Origin: a virus
Taxonomy: Duplodnaviria > Caudoviricetes
IMG/VR virus record: IMGVR_UViG_3300020577_002532
Coordinates: 4,345 to 68,344 of that record
Reading direction: 5' to 3' (one strand)
Length of the DNA: 64,000 bases
Below the pieces are notes generated by a model. That model saw nothing but the letters and a program-made list of their open reading frames with translations. It searched no databases and was not told where the DNA came from. Both the position numbers and the translations under genes were made by a program. This document shows positions 1 to 8,856 of this stretch, in pieces (the stretch's first letter is position 1; every line of letters starts with the position of its first letter).

Positions 1-1
1 G

Positions 2-355
2 GAGGTATTCAACCGAATGTTGGCCTATCCCGGGTGGGAACGGATAGCTGAAGCCTACAGGGAAGAGTGTGATAGACTGGTGGATGTGGCGCAGGACAGG
101 CTTGTGAGGGCCATGATGCAGGAGCTGGACCAGTCCACAGCCCTCCGGGCCGCAACCTACGTTCTGGACCGGATGAGTCCCCAATTCAAACCCAAGAGCA
201 CCACCCAGATTGAAGGCGGTGATAAGCCCATACGGATTCAACAGGCGGTTGTAAACATCCCCGTTGAGTTTTTGAATGCTCCCCCAGAGCAGAAGAGGGC
301 CATCTTGGAAGCCATCGAAGCGGGAGACAATTATGACAAAAACCCCAACGAATAG
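2..355 (+). CDS. Terminase small subunit (5' truncated)
   Basis: The frame is open from the window edge. It is a helical protein ending in a ..TTQIEGGDKPIRIQQ.. tail typical of TerS, and it overlaps the start of terL. Confidence 0.65.
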   Translation, partial: EVFNRMLAYPGWERIAEAYREECDRLVDVAQDRLVRAMMQELDQSTALRAATYVLDRMSPQFKPKSTTQIEGGDKPIRIQQAVVNIPVEFLNAPPEQKRAILEAIEAGDNYDKNPNE

Positions 356-1916
356 CACATCTTTCACAGTTCCAAAAATGCATTCCCCAACAGGAAGAGA
401 AGCTGTTGGGGATGTCCAACAAAAGGACTCTTCCCAAGATTCCCCTTACATAACCCGGACTCAATTGGAAGCCAGCCTTTGCCGGGACAGTTTCCAGGAC
501 TTCGTGAAAAGGTTTTGGGACATAATCATCACGGAGAAGATGGACTGGAACTGGCATATGGGCGTCCTCTGTGATGAACTCCAGAGGGTTGCGGAACGGG
601 TATTCAGAGGGGAAAACAGGAAGTATGATCTGGTGATCAACGTCCCACCCGGAACATCCAAGTCCACGATTTGCTCCCGGATGTTCCCGGCTTGGGTATG
701 GACAAGGATGCCAACGGCCCAGTTCATTTGCGGTTCATACGCCCATTTACTGGCGCTGGAACTTTCCCGGCATTCCCGGGATATCATTACCAGCGAAAAG
801 TACATGCGGATGTTCCCAGAAGTCCGATTGGCTGACGACCAGAATGCAAAGGGCTTCTTCGTAAACACCAAAGGGGGCTTCCGGCTGGCGGTTGGTACTG
901 GAGGTGTCGCCGGATTCCACGCCCACTTCGTTGTGATCGACGATCCATTGGACCCAAATAACATCTACTCAGAGGCCGAACTGAAGGCTGCCAACGAATG
1001 GGTCAAGTACATAACCCGAACCAGGCGTGTGAAGAAAAGCCTCACCCCGTCCATCCTAATCATGCAGCGGCTACATCAGGACGATCCAGCCGGTAACATG
1101 CTGGAGAATTCCAAGGTGGATAGTCCGGTGAGACATATCTGCCTCCCAGCTGAGATTGTTCCACCCTCCGTGGACGATGTACCGGAGGGGATCACTGCAG
1201 AGATTCCAACGCAGTATTCAGTCAAGCCCAGACGTTTGGCCCGTTTCTACAAGGATGGGCTTCTGGACCCTGTGCGATTGTCCTATGAGACGTTGAAGGA
1301 GTTCAAGAAGGACACCTTCATGTACCATTCCCAGTTCCTCCAGTCCCCAGTACCTATTGGGGGTATGATGTTTAAGACGCACCTGATCCACTTGGAGACG
1401 ATGCCCCCAAAGGAATTTGTCCTGATGGTACGCTATTGGGACAAGGCCGGAACAGAGGGCGCGGGGGCTTTCACCGTTGGGGCCTTGATGGGAAGGGACA
1501 AGGAAGGTCACTTTTGGGTATTGGATATCAAACGTGGCCAATGGGATAGTGACAAGCGGGAGAAGCTGATTGTCCAGACAGCAGCCTTGGATGGAAGGAA
1601 AGTCATCATTGGGGTGGAGCAAGAGCCAGGATCAGGCGGCAAGGAAAGCGCAGAACAGACGGTCAAACGTCTGGCAGGCTATCGGGTGCGGGTAGATAAG
1701 GTGACCGGGGACAAGGTCCTGCGGGCTGATCCGTTCAGCGTCCAAGTCAATGGCGGAAACGTCTACATGCTTTTGGGCGAGTGGACGATGAGTGCCATAG
1801 ATGAGTTGACCTACTTCCCAAATAGCCGATATAAAGATCAGACGGATGCGATGTCTGGGGCATTCGCCATTCTGTCCCATGTCAAGCGGAAGGTTGGAGG
1901 GGTGCCAAGGAAATGA
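333..1916 (+). CDS. terL: Terminase large subunit
   Basis: Walker A-like INVPPGTSKS, Walker B VVIDDP, coupling motif IMQRLH and C-terminal RNase H-like nuclease (YWDKAG...DQTDAMS). Start placed at ATG 333 after GGGAG. Confidence 0.95.
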   Translation: MTKTPTNSTSFTVPKMHSPTGREAVGDVQQKDSSQDSPYITRTQLEASLCRDSFQDFVKRFWDIIITEKMDWNWHMGVLCDELQRVAERVFRGENRKYDLVINVPPGTSKSTICSRMFPAWVWTRMPTAQFICGSYAHLLALELSRHSRDIITSEKYMRMFPEVRLADDQNAKGFFVNTKGGFRLAVGTGGVAGFHAHFVVIDDPLDPNNIYSEAELKAANEWVKYITRTRRVKKSLTPSILIMQRLHQDDPAGNMLENSKVDSPVRHICLPAEIVPPSVDDVPEGITAEIPTQYSVKPRRLARFYKDGLLDPVRLSYETLKEFKKDTFMYHSQFLQSPVPIGGMMFKTHLIHLETMPPKEFVLMVRYWDKAGTEGAGAFTVGALMGRDKEGHFWVLDIKRGQWDSDKREKLIVQTAALDGRKVIIGVEQEPGSGGKESAEQTVKRLAGYRVRVDKVTGDKVLRADPFSVQVNGGNVYMLLGEWTMSAIDELTYFPNSRYKDQTDAMSGAFAILSHVKRKVGGVPRK

Positions 1917-2185
1917 GGACCAACTTGCTCGTGGGTGCTGCCATGTGGGCTATCATCGTCCTGTGTATGTGCGATTCCAAGGAGGAGAGACACCCAACCA
2001 TTCATGTGGAGAAGACCAGATGCCCTCTGTTGGAGAAGTACGCCCAACGCAACGACATACCCCCAGAGGTTCTGAAGGAGCAAGGCTCAGAGTGGCCCCA
2101 GTTTGTGAAGGACTTCTCAGTGTCCCACGGCCCCAACCTGTCCCGTGAGGAGCAACGAGAATTCACCCGTTGGCAAGTGAAGTGA
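1913..2185 (+). CDS. Hypothetical protein with N-terminal hydrophobic segment
   Basis: ATGA overlap with the terL stop; N-terminal LLVGAAMWAIIVLC. Confidence 0.55.
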   Translation: MRTNLLVGAAMWAIIVLCMCDSKEERHPTIHVEKTRCPLLEKYAQRNDIPPEVLKEQGSEWPQFVKDFSVSHGPNLSREEQREFTRWQVK

Positions 2186-2196
2186 AGGAGAAGACG

Positions 2197-3864
2197 ATGA
2201 ACGAGAAAGCCAAGGCCAAGGACGTAGCCAAGAAGGTGCTTACCAGTAACGCGATGGCGAGTTGGATGAACTCCAACGCTTCCCTCCTCCGGTCTGAGCT
2301 GCTTCAGACACTCTTGGACCCCAGACGGTCCATTGATACGGAGTGTGGCTACCCAGAGCGGATTGAACTCAAGCATTACAACAAAGTCTGGGAACGGGAG
2401 GGCTTGGGCAAGCGAGTGGTAGGCTGTCTCCCAGCGGAATCTTGGGCCTTGCCACCGATGATCTATGAGGTGGAGGATGAGGACGTTAAAACAGAGTTTG
2501 AGAAGGCTTGGAAGGAGCTGGAAGATGCTAAGAGCCTTTTCACCATATTACAGAGGGCTGACGAGTTGTCTGGGATTGGGCGATTTGGGGTCATCCTCCT
2601 TGGATTGAGCGATGGGAAGACCTTGGATCAGGAAGTATCTGGGAAGAAGCTGAAACTCAACTACGTCCGGGTGTTCGATGAGACCGTGGTTACCGTTTCC
2701 AAGATGGAGAACGATCAAAGCAATCCCAGATATGGCCTCCCAATTGAGTACAACGTGATCTTCAGCGATCAGACGGGTGGGGACATCGGCTCCATGGAGT
2801 ACGGGATGGTGACGACCACGGCCAACACTGTAAAGGTCCACTGGAGCCGGATCATCCATGTGGCGGACAACCGGAGAATGAGTGAAATCTATGGTGAGCC
2901 GCGAATGAAGCCGGTTTACAATCGGCTCTTGGACGTGCGGAAGGTCCTGAGCGGCTCTGGCGAGATGTTCTGGAGGGGTGCTTTCCCGGGTTACTCGTTT
3001 GAGGTGAACCCGGATCAGAAGGACGTTGAACTGGACGCCACTACCATCCGGGAAGAGTTCAACAACTGGTCCCAAGGGCTTCAGCGGTACTTGGCGGTGA
3101 CCGGGGTGAGCGTAAAGTCCTTGGCGCCGCAGGTTGCTGATCCTTTGAACCACTTGGAGGCCCAACTCAACTATATTGCCTTGACCTTGGGCATCCCCAA
3201 GAGGATTCTGTTTGGATCGGAAGAGGCTAAACTGGCCTCCACCCAAGACTCCAAGACGTGGAAGACTCGCTTGGTCCATCGCCAGAATTCCTACCTCACC
3301 CCGTACCTGATCAGGCCCTTCGTGGACCGGCTGATTGAGTTTGGGGTCCTCCCAGCTCCTTCTGAGTCAGACACCGAGATGGATTCCCCAGAGGAAGGGA
3401 AAGAGACCAAGCCCAAGCCCACGACCAACGCTGGGGAGGAGTCAGAATCCCGGCCCAAGTACGTGGTGGAATGGCCGGACATGTTTGCCATGTCTGAGGA
3501 GGACATGGCCAAGGTTTCTGAAAGTAAGACCAAAGCTTTGGCGTCATACGTCTCTGGAGGCGTGGAGACGTTGATTACCCCCATGGAATTCCTCACCAAG
3601 ATTATGCATATGTCTCAGGAAGAGGCTGAAGCCGTCGTGGACGCCGCCAAGGAGCGGGAGGAGGAATTGGCGGTGGAGCAGGAGGAGGAGGAGCAGGCCA
3701 TGCTGGAGGAGGAAGCCAAACGGCAAGGATTGGTGCCTCAGGTGCCCGGATTCATCAATCCTGATCTACCTCCAGCCCCCGGGGGAAAAGGCATGCCGGC
3801 TGTCAAGAAAGTGGGTTCTTCACAGTCTCCCGGGACCAAGCCAGGTGCAAAACCGATAGCCTAA
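2197..3864 (+). CDS. Portal protein (DUF1073/HI1409-like)
   Basis: Follows terL. Motifs ADELSGIGRFGVILLG and LGIPKRILFG, acidic/Pro-rich C-tail, and AAGGAG RBS before ATG 2197. Confidence 0.88.
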   Translation: MNEKAKAKDVAKKVLTSNAMASWMNSNASLLRSELLQTLLDPRRSIDTECGYPERIELKHYNKVWEREGLGKRVVGCLPAESWALPPMIYEVEDEDVKTEFEKAWKELEDAKSLFTILQRADELSGIGRFGVILLGLSDGKTLDQEVSGKKLKLNYVRVFDETVVTVSKMENDQSNPRYGLPIEYNVIFSDQTGGDIGSMEYGMVTTTANTVKVHWSRIIHVADNRRMSEIYGEPRMKPVYNRLLDVRKVLSGSGEMFWRGAFPGYSFEVNPDQKDVELDATTIREEFNNWSQGLQRYLAVTGVSVKSLAPQVADPLNHLEAQLNYIALTLGIPKRILFGSEEAKLASTQDSKTWKTRLVHRQNSYLTPYLIRPFVDRLIEFGVLPAPSESDTEMDSPEEGKETKPKPTTNAGEESESRPKYVVEWPDMFAMSEEDMAKVSESKTKALASYVSGGVETLITPMEFLTKIMHMSQEEAEAVVDAAKEREEELAVEQEEEEQAMLEEEAKRQGLVPQVPGFINPDLPPAPGGKGMPAVKKVGSSQSPGTKPGAKPIA

Positions 3865-3877
3865 CAGGAAACCACAG

Positions 3878-4012
3878 ATGAGCGATTTCTTCTGGATGTT
3901 GTTTTTGGCGTCTGCTGAGCACCGGAAGGAACCATTGATCTGTTGGCCTGCTGTCTGTGCCGGTTTGATCTTGGGGGCTTTGGTGGTCTACTTTCTGGGA
4001 GGTCTCAAATGA
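3878..4012 (+). CDS. Small membrane protein (44 aa)
   Basis: Hand-translated as MSDFFWMLFLASAEHRKEPLICWPAVCAGLILGALVVYFLGGLK; its stop overlaps the next ATG (ATGA). Confidence 0.55.
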   Translation: MSDFFWMLFLASAEHRKEPLICWPAVCAGLILGALVVYFLGGLK

Positions 4013-4167
4013 GAATGGTACTGGTTGCTTTCTTCCTGTTGGGATTGGTTGGGTGTTCCAACCAAAAGCATATTCGTACAGACGCCCGGACGGGAGATGA
4101 CTGGAGAATGGAGAACAAGTCCAACAGGCCCTCTCCAGAACACTTCAGGACCATCTGCCCTTTCTGA
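4009..4167 (+). CDS. Small lipoprotein
   Basis: MRMVLVAFFLLGLVGCSNQ: a signal peptide with lipobox LVGC; GGAGG upstream. Confidence 0.65.
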   Translation: MRMVLVAFFLLGLVGCSNQKHIRTDARTGDDWRMENKSNRPSPEHFRTICPF

Positions 4168-4179
4168 GGAGAAGTCCCC

Positions 4180-4308
4180 ATGAAAGAACGTTTGACGATT
4201 GCTTGGTTTGCTTTCTGGGTAGCCTTTGGGGGAATATGCTTGATGGAGATTTTGTACGTACTGCGCTCCATCGCAGAGTCCTTGGCCTCCATTGCGAAAG
4301 GAATGTAG
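4180..4308 (+). CDS. Small membrane protein (42 aa)
   Basis: MKERLTIAWFAFWVAFGGICLMEILYVLRSIAESLASIAKGM; GAGGAG RBS upstream. Confidence 0.6.
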   Translation: MKERLTIAWFAFWVAFGGICLMEILYVLRSIAESLASIAKGM

Positions 4309-4584
4309 ATGGATGACGTCCCATACATATCCTTGCTTCTGAAGAACAACTGGAAGCTGGGACGGGAAGAGATGGCTGAGGTGTTTGTGTCTCGGGGAGT
4401 GATGTTTGTGACTGACCGTACCCGGAGACTGGTTCACTTTACCAAGGAAGAGTTGGCCATGATCCCAACGAATGACGAGTTGGCTCAGGCCAAGAGGAAA
4501 CGTCAGGAGGGAACAGGTCATGGAAGTCAAACCAACGGAACAAGTATCAGGGCCGGGGGTGTTTGGGATCCAAATAACCCTTAA
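4309..4584 (+). CDS. Hypothetical protein
   Basis: The ORF abuts the previous stop codon; no recognisable motif. Confidence 0.5.
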   Translation: MDDVPYISLLLKNNWKLGREEMAEVFVSRGVMFVTDRTRRLVHFTKEELAMIPTNDELAQAKRKRQEGTGHGSQTNGTSIRAGGVWDPNNP

Positions 4585-4906
4585 TGGGGAATTGTGTCCG
4601 TTCAAGCTGGAGTTTCCCGTCCCACCTGAAGTCTTGGAGATGTTCAAACAGCCCTTCTCAGAGGAGCGGAGGCTGATGGTATTTCGGATGCTCTTGGATT
4701 CCGCCCATCAGAACGTTGGCCCCATGGAGATAATCGTTGGGGCTTCCAACTTGAAGGAAATGTTGGAGAAGGAATCAGTGGAGATAGATGGCCACACTCT
4801 CCGTCTCCATGGGGACTTCCCATGCGATACGGGGTTGTTGGAGGACATTGCGGGAATGTTGTTGAGGAGAGCAGATGAAGGAGGAGATGGAAATGAAGCA
4901 TCCTAG
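4520..4906 (+). CDS. Hypothetical protein
   Basis: AGGAGG RBS before ATG 4520 (MEVKPTEQ). Confidence 0.6.
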   Translation: MEVKPTEQVSGPGVFGIQITLNGELCPFKLEFPVPPEVLEMFKQPFSEERRLMVFRMLLDSAHQNVGPMEIIVGASNLKEMLEKESVEIDGHTLRLHGDFPCDTGLLEDIAGMLLRRADEGGDGNEAS

Positions 4907-5105
4907 AGGTCATTTTGCCCCACCGGACTTGTGGGACCTGCTCAAGGTCCTGTTTCTGGCTTTGGGTATTCCCATTTTGTCCATAGCTGGATTGGTGACC
5001 TTGTCCATACTGAAGTTCTGGTGTTCTTTCTCTTGGTGCTGGTTGGCCATCCCAGCTGGAGTCCTGGTTGTTTGGGCTTTGTACTTTCAGCCTTGGAAGT
5101 TTTGA
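4887..5105 (+). CDS. Two-TM membrane protein
   Basis: AGGAGG RBS and two hydrophobic segments. Confidence 0.55.
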   Translation: MEMKHPRGHFAPPDLWDLLKVLFLALGIPILSIAGLVTLSILKFWCSFSWCWLAIPAGVLVVWALYFQPWKF

Positions 5106-5117
5106 GAGGAGACATAG

Positions 5118-6005
5118 GTGGCTACCAACCCCATACGCATTGATCCCAGCCGCACCATCGCCATACGGACAGCCTTTGTGGCGGACATGAAGAGGCGGTT
5201 CAAGGCCGTGGAGAAGGACATCTGGGACGTCATTGTTGTGAAGGACGTTCTGGGGTTGAAAGAAAACAGCCCCATGCTATTCAACATTGAGAAACAGGCC
5301 TACAAGTTCCTCACCAGCGACAAGAAGCTGGAGTCCTTCAACACTTGGTTCAGTAACCAGGTGGACCAAAGAGTACTGACCGTGGACGGACAAGGCCAGC
5401 CTTGGTCCAATAAGTACGTGGGGTCAGCCTATCGCAAGGGCGTGGTCCGGGCATACGCAGATACCCACCGGGAGTTGATGACGCCTGGGATGGAATTCTA
5501 CAAGGGAAGCCGGGAGCAATTCTTGCGCTCCATGTTCGCCCAACCAGAACGGATAGCCAAGCTGCGATTGCTCTACACCCGGACGTTTGAGGGGATGAAA
5601 GGGGTCACCGCCAGAGCCAAGCAGGAGATGAGCCGCGTGTTGGCCTCTGGGATAGCCAACGGTGGGGGCCCAGTCAAAATCGCCCGGGAGATGCGCCAGA
5701 ACATTTCAGGCTTATCTAAGCAAAGGGCTGAGGTCATCGCCCGGACGGAGACCATACACGCCCACGCGGAAGGGCAACTGGACTCGTTTGAAGAGATGGG
5801 GATGGGGGAAGTGGAGTTGATGGCAGAATGGTCCACGGCTGGGGATGATAAGGTTTGTGACCTCTGTGCTCCCAAGGATGGGGAGGTCATGACGATTGAT
5901 GACGCCCGGGGGCAGATCCCACTCCACCCCAACTGCCGGTGTACGTGGGTTCCATCGGTTGGGGAGATGAAGAAGAAAAAGGCCAAGGAGAAGCCCCGTG
6001 CCTAG
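5118..6005 (+). CDS. Head morphogenesis protein (SPP1 gp7 / Mu gpF family)
   Basis: RAEVIARTET, EWSTAGDDKVCDLC and PLHPNCRC motifs. Confidence 0.9.
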   Translation: MATNPIRIDPSRTIAIRTAFVADMKRRFKAVEKDIWDVIVVKDVLGLKENSPMLFNIEKQAYKFLTSDKKLESFNTWFSNQVDQRVLTVDGQGQPWSNKYVGSAYRKGVVRAYADTHRELMTPGMEFYKGSREQFLRSMFAQPERIAKLRLLYTRTFEGMKGVTARAKQEMSRVLASGIANGGGPVKIAREMRQNISGLSKQRAEVIARTETIHAHAEGQLDSFEEMGMGEVELMAEWSTAGDDKVCDLCAPKDGEVMTIDDARGQIPLHPNCRCTWVPSVGEMKKKKAKEKPRA

Positions 6006-6213
6006 CAAGAAGAAATCCCAAGAGGATGAGAGGTCCCTTCACCAAGAGTTGAGAGGCTTTGGGTATGAGGTAATGAGCGTGGATCGGGCCTATGGGATGA
6101 TTGCCATAGAAGTGTTCGATACTACCAATGGACGGCACCGGTTTGGCATTGATGTAACAGTGTTGGGGGCCTTGAAACGTCTCCGTTCCAAGCTTCATTT
6201 GGAACCAAAGTGA
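5998..6213 (+). CDS. Hypothetical protein
   Basis: The ORF overlaps the previous stop codon (GTG start). Confidence 0.5.
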   Translation: MPSKKKSQEDERSLHQELRGFGYEVMSVDRAYGMIAIEVFDTTNGRHRFGIDVTVLGALKRLRSKLHLEPK

Positions 6214-6222
6214 GGGAAAGCC

Positions 6223-6432
6223 ATGCCCCAAGACCTCAAGAGCCGGCAACGTCAGGAACGGGAAGCCCAATGGGTCCGGGGAATCTTGGCCCAGTGGCAG
6301 TTGAGGGACCAGTATGGAAAGATTGTTATCACACTCCAAGACGGTTTTATCACACACGTGGAGGAGCAGAAAATGAATAAACCTCCAGCCAACGTCATAG
6401 AGGGTTTGAAAATTATTCCGAAAAGTTCTTGA
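6223..6432 (+). CDS. Hypothetical protein (DUF2292/YezD-like small beta protein possible)
   Basis: QYGKIVITLQDGFITHVEEQ resembles the YG-x-V-x-I-x-x-QDG pattern; GAGG RBS. Confidence 0.5.
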   Translation: MPQDLKSRQRQEREAQWVRGILAQWQLRDQYGKIVITLQDGFITHVEEQKMNKPPANVIEGLKIIPKSS

Positions 6433-6457
6433 TCCCTCCCATATTGGGGGGTAATCT
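6429..6457 (+). promoter_or_regulatory. Putative sigma70-type promoter
   Basis: TTGATC (6429-6434), a 17-nt spacer and TAATCT (6452-6457), in an intergenic gap. Confidence 0.45.
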
Positions 6458-6484
6458 CTAACAGACAACTCGATTGGACCTGCT

Positions 6485-6519
6485 AAGGGCCTGCCAGAAA
6501 TGGGAGGCCCTTTTTGTTT
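6485..6519 (+). terminator. Intrinsic terminator-like hairpin
   Basis: AAGGGCCT-g-CCA-GAAA-TGG-g-AGGCCCTT followed by TTTGTTT. Confidence 0.7.
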
Positions 6520-6540
6520 ACACCTTGGAGGAGGCCCCAA

Positions 6541-6903
6541 GTGAAGATTGCTTGGATGATGGTGGTGAGTTCAGGGATTTGGGTTGGTTTGCCTTTGGCA
6601 GAGATTGGGGAAGAAGCCGCTTGGAAGGTTGCGGAGAGGTTTGGGGCTTGGGCGGCTTTGAGCGTTGGCTTGGTTGGAGTCCTGACGGCTTTGTCATGGC
6701 TCCGGGAGAAACGAATGGCCAAGCGGATTGATACGCTGGAGGCCCAGAACAGAGTACAGAGTACAGAGGTGTGTGTAGCCTTGGAGAAAAACCGGAAACT
6801 GTTGGAAGAGTCCAATACCCTCCAATCCAAACAGCTGGAGGCCCTCCAAGCTTTCTCTATTGAGATGCGGGTGCGGCCTTGCTTGAAGGAGTCCAAGCGG
6901 TGA
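6541..6903 (+). CDS. Membrane protein, BhlA/UviB holin-like
   Basis: GGAGGAGG RBS and GTG start; TM segment(s) followed by REKRMAKRIDTLE and a coiled coil. Confidence 0.45.
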   Translation: MKIAWMMVVSSGIWVGLPLAEIGEEAAWKVAERFGAWAALSVGLVGVLTALSWLREKRMAKRIDTLEAQNRVQSTEVCVALEKNRKLLEESNTLQSKQLEALQAFSIEMRVRPCLKESKR

Positions 6904-8285
6904 AGAACGTCTTCCAATCCCTCACAGCCAACCTTGCCAAGGGTGTTCGCCACGACCAGATGGAGGGCCGGGATTATCTGGTGGCCCCCATGGTGATGAT
7001 CGTGGAAGGCGTCCTGAACGGCTCCAATGGACCTCTCCTGTACCCCAAGGAGGAGTTGGAGAAGACGCCGGTGGTCTGGAACCATAAGCCCATCGTGGTC
7101 TACCATCCCTCCAAGAACGGCCAGCCCATCTCCGCTTGCGACCCTGACGTCATCACCTCCCGGAAGGTGGGGGTGATCATGAATACCAAGTTTGAGAAGG
7201 GGAAACTGAAGGCAGAGGCGTGGCTGGACCCTAAACGGCTTGCAGAAGTGGATGCCCGTGTTGCAGAAAGCATCGAAAGCGGGAAGGTTGTGGAAGTATC
7301 CACGGGCCTGTTTACTGACAATGAGGCACTGGAAGGGGAGTGGGAGGGCAAGGAATACAAAGGCATCGCCCGGAATTATCGCCCGGACCACTTGGCCATC
7401 CTCCCAGATCAGGTTGGGGCCTGTTCGGTCCAGGATGGGGCGGGACTCCTCCAGCTGAATATGTCGTGTAATATTCTCCAAGGTAACTTCACTGGGAATG
7501 AACAAAGTTACGGTTCCACCATGAACGCCTTGGACGGCCTGATTCGCAAGAAGAATGAAAAGGCTTGGGTAACGGATGTGTATGATGCTTTCGCAGTTTA
7601 CGCATTGGAGGGGAAGCTGTGGAAGCAGGCGTACCAAAGAGACCCCAAGAGTGAAAAGGTCACCCTCGTGGGTGTACCTGTTGAGGTGGTCCGCGTCACG
7701 GAGTACAGGACGCTGGATGGCAAGTTTGTGGGCAATTCCCACAAAGGAGGCAAGACGATGGATAAGAAGGCTGTTGTGGATGCCCTCATCGCCAATAAGG
7801 CGTCTGGGTATTCGGAGGAAGACCGGGAAGCCCTGATGGCGATGGGTGACGCTCAGCTGGAGAAGCTGGCCAAACTGGCCGCCAACGTGGTCCAGCCTGC
7901 CCCCAAGCCGGAAGTGAAGCCGGTGGAGACCAAGCCGGAAGTCAACCTGGAGAAGAAGCCCCAGACCGTTGAAGAGTACATTGCCAATGCTCCCGAGGGG
8001 ATGCGGGATGTGCTCCTGAGCGGCATGGCTTCCCACGACCGGGAGAAGCAGGTTGCCATCGGCCAGATCATGGCGAACAAGGCCAACCCGTTCTCCAAGG
8101 AACAGCTCCAGGGCAAGCCTCTGGCTGAGCTGCAGGGCATGGCCAAACTGGCCGCCTCCACCGTGGAGAAGAAACCCACCCAGAACTACGCTGGGCAGGG
8201 AGACGTTGCACCGGTGTCGGAAATCAAGGAGGAGCCGTTGGCTGCTCCGGTGATGAACTTTGGACAGGAACAGGCCAAGAAGTAA
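6900..8285 (+). CDS. Prohead protease/scaffold (DUF2213-like)
   Basis: WNHKPIVVYHP, EVSTG and NYRPDHLAILPDQVGACS motifs, a helical Ala/Lys/Glu C-terminus, and position before the decoration and capsid genes. Confidence 0.8.
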   Translation: MKNVFQSLTANLAKGVRHDQMEGRDYLVAPMVMIVEGVLNGSNGPLLYPKEELEKTPVVWNHKPIVVYHPSKNGQPISACDPDVITSRKVGVIMNTKFEKGKLKAEAWLDPKRLAEVDARVAESIESGKVVEVSTGLFTDNEALEGEWEGKEYKGIARNYRPDHLAILPDQVGACSVQDGAGLLQLNMSCNILQGNFTGNEQSYGSTMNALDGLIRKKNEKAWVTDVYDAFAVYALEGKLWKQAYQRDPKSEKVTLVGVPVEVVRVTEYRTLDGKFVGNSHKGGKTMDKKAVVDALIANKASGYSEEDREALMAMGDAQLEKLAKLAANVVQPAPKPEVKPVETKPEVNLEKKPQTVEEYIANAPEGMRDVLLSGMASHDREKQVAIGQIMANKANPFSKEQLQGKPLAELQGMAKLAASTVEKKPTQNYAGQGDVAPVSEIKEEPLAAPVMNFGQEQAKK

Positions 8286-8348
8286 CTGCTAATTCAACCG
8301 ATTGTCGGTTGGGGGCAGTAAGGCCAGAGACAGAAGGAGATACAAAAG

Positions 8349-8789
8349 ATGTCGAATCAAATCCACCTGATTGGAGACTTCTTGGCCGATGAAGCCGTGG
8401 CCCATGCCGCGCTTTCTCCCGGTCACCTCATCGAGATGAACAGCGATGGGGAAGTCTTGAAGCACGCAACTGAAGGCGGCTATGCGGAACGCATGGTGGC
8501 CGTGGAAGATGCGTTGCAGGGGAACACGACGGCTGACGCCTATGCGGCGGCAGACAAGGTGTTCTTCCACCGTTACTACCCGGGCGCCAAGTGCCAGATG
8601 TACCTCAAGGCCGGTGAGAACGTTGCCATTGGCGACAAACTCATCAGCGCTGGCGATGGTACGCTCATTGCCAACGGCTCTGAGGCATCGGGCACTACTG
8701 TTCGGCAGATCGTTGCCATTGCGGCAGAAGCGTTGGACCTGAGTGGGTCCGGTGCGGTTGCTACCCTGATGGACGTGCGGATTCTCTAG
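8349..8789 (+). CDS. Capsid decoration/cement protein
   Basis: 146-aa Ala/Gly-rich beta protein between the scaffold and MCP genes; AAGGAG RBS. Confidence 0.7.
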   Translation: MSNQIHLIGDFLADEAVAHAALSPGHLIEMNSDGEVLKHATEGGYAERMVAVEDALQGNTTADAYAAADKVFFHRYYPGAKCQMYLKAGENVAIGDKLISAGDGTLIANGSEASGTTVRQIVAIAAEALDLSGSGAVATLMDVRIL

Positions 8790-8856
8790 ACCATTCGCCT
8801 GTGATCCTGTGTGGGGTCACGAATTGGTCTAACACTTGAGGGAAGGAGACAGAAAG

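Noticed and set aside
276-332. Longer ORF-track starts for terL and others (for example 2170, 6879, 38380, 51062, 60195)
   Set aside because: Downstream starts have clear SD sequences and stop/start coupling, and the extensions overlap upstream genes without motif support.
6483-8036. Long minus-strand ORFs (517 aa here; also 8761-9894, 43456-44502 and 55556-57451)
   Set aside because: They are antisense shadows of well-supported plus-strand genes with biased codon usage. They have no RBS or motifs, and all credible genes are on the + strand.
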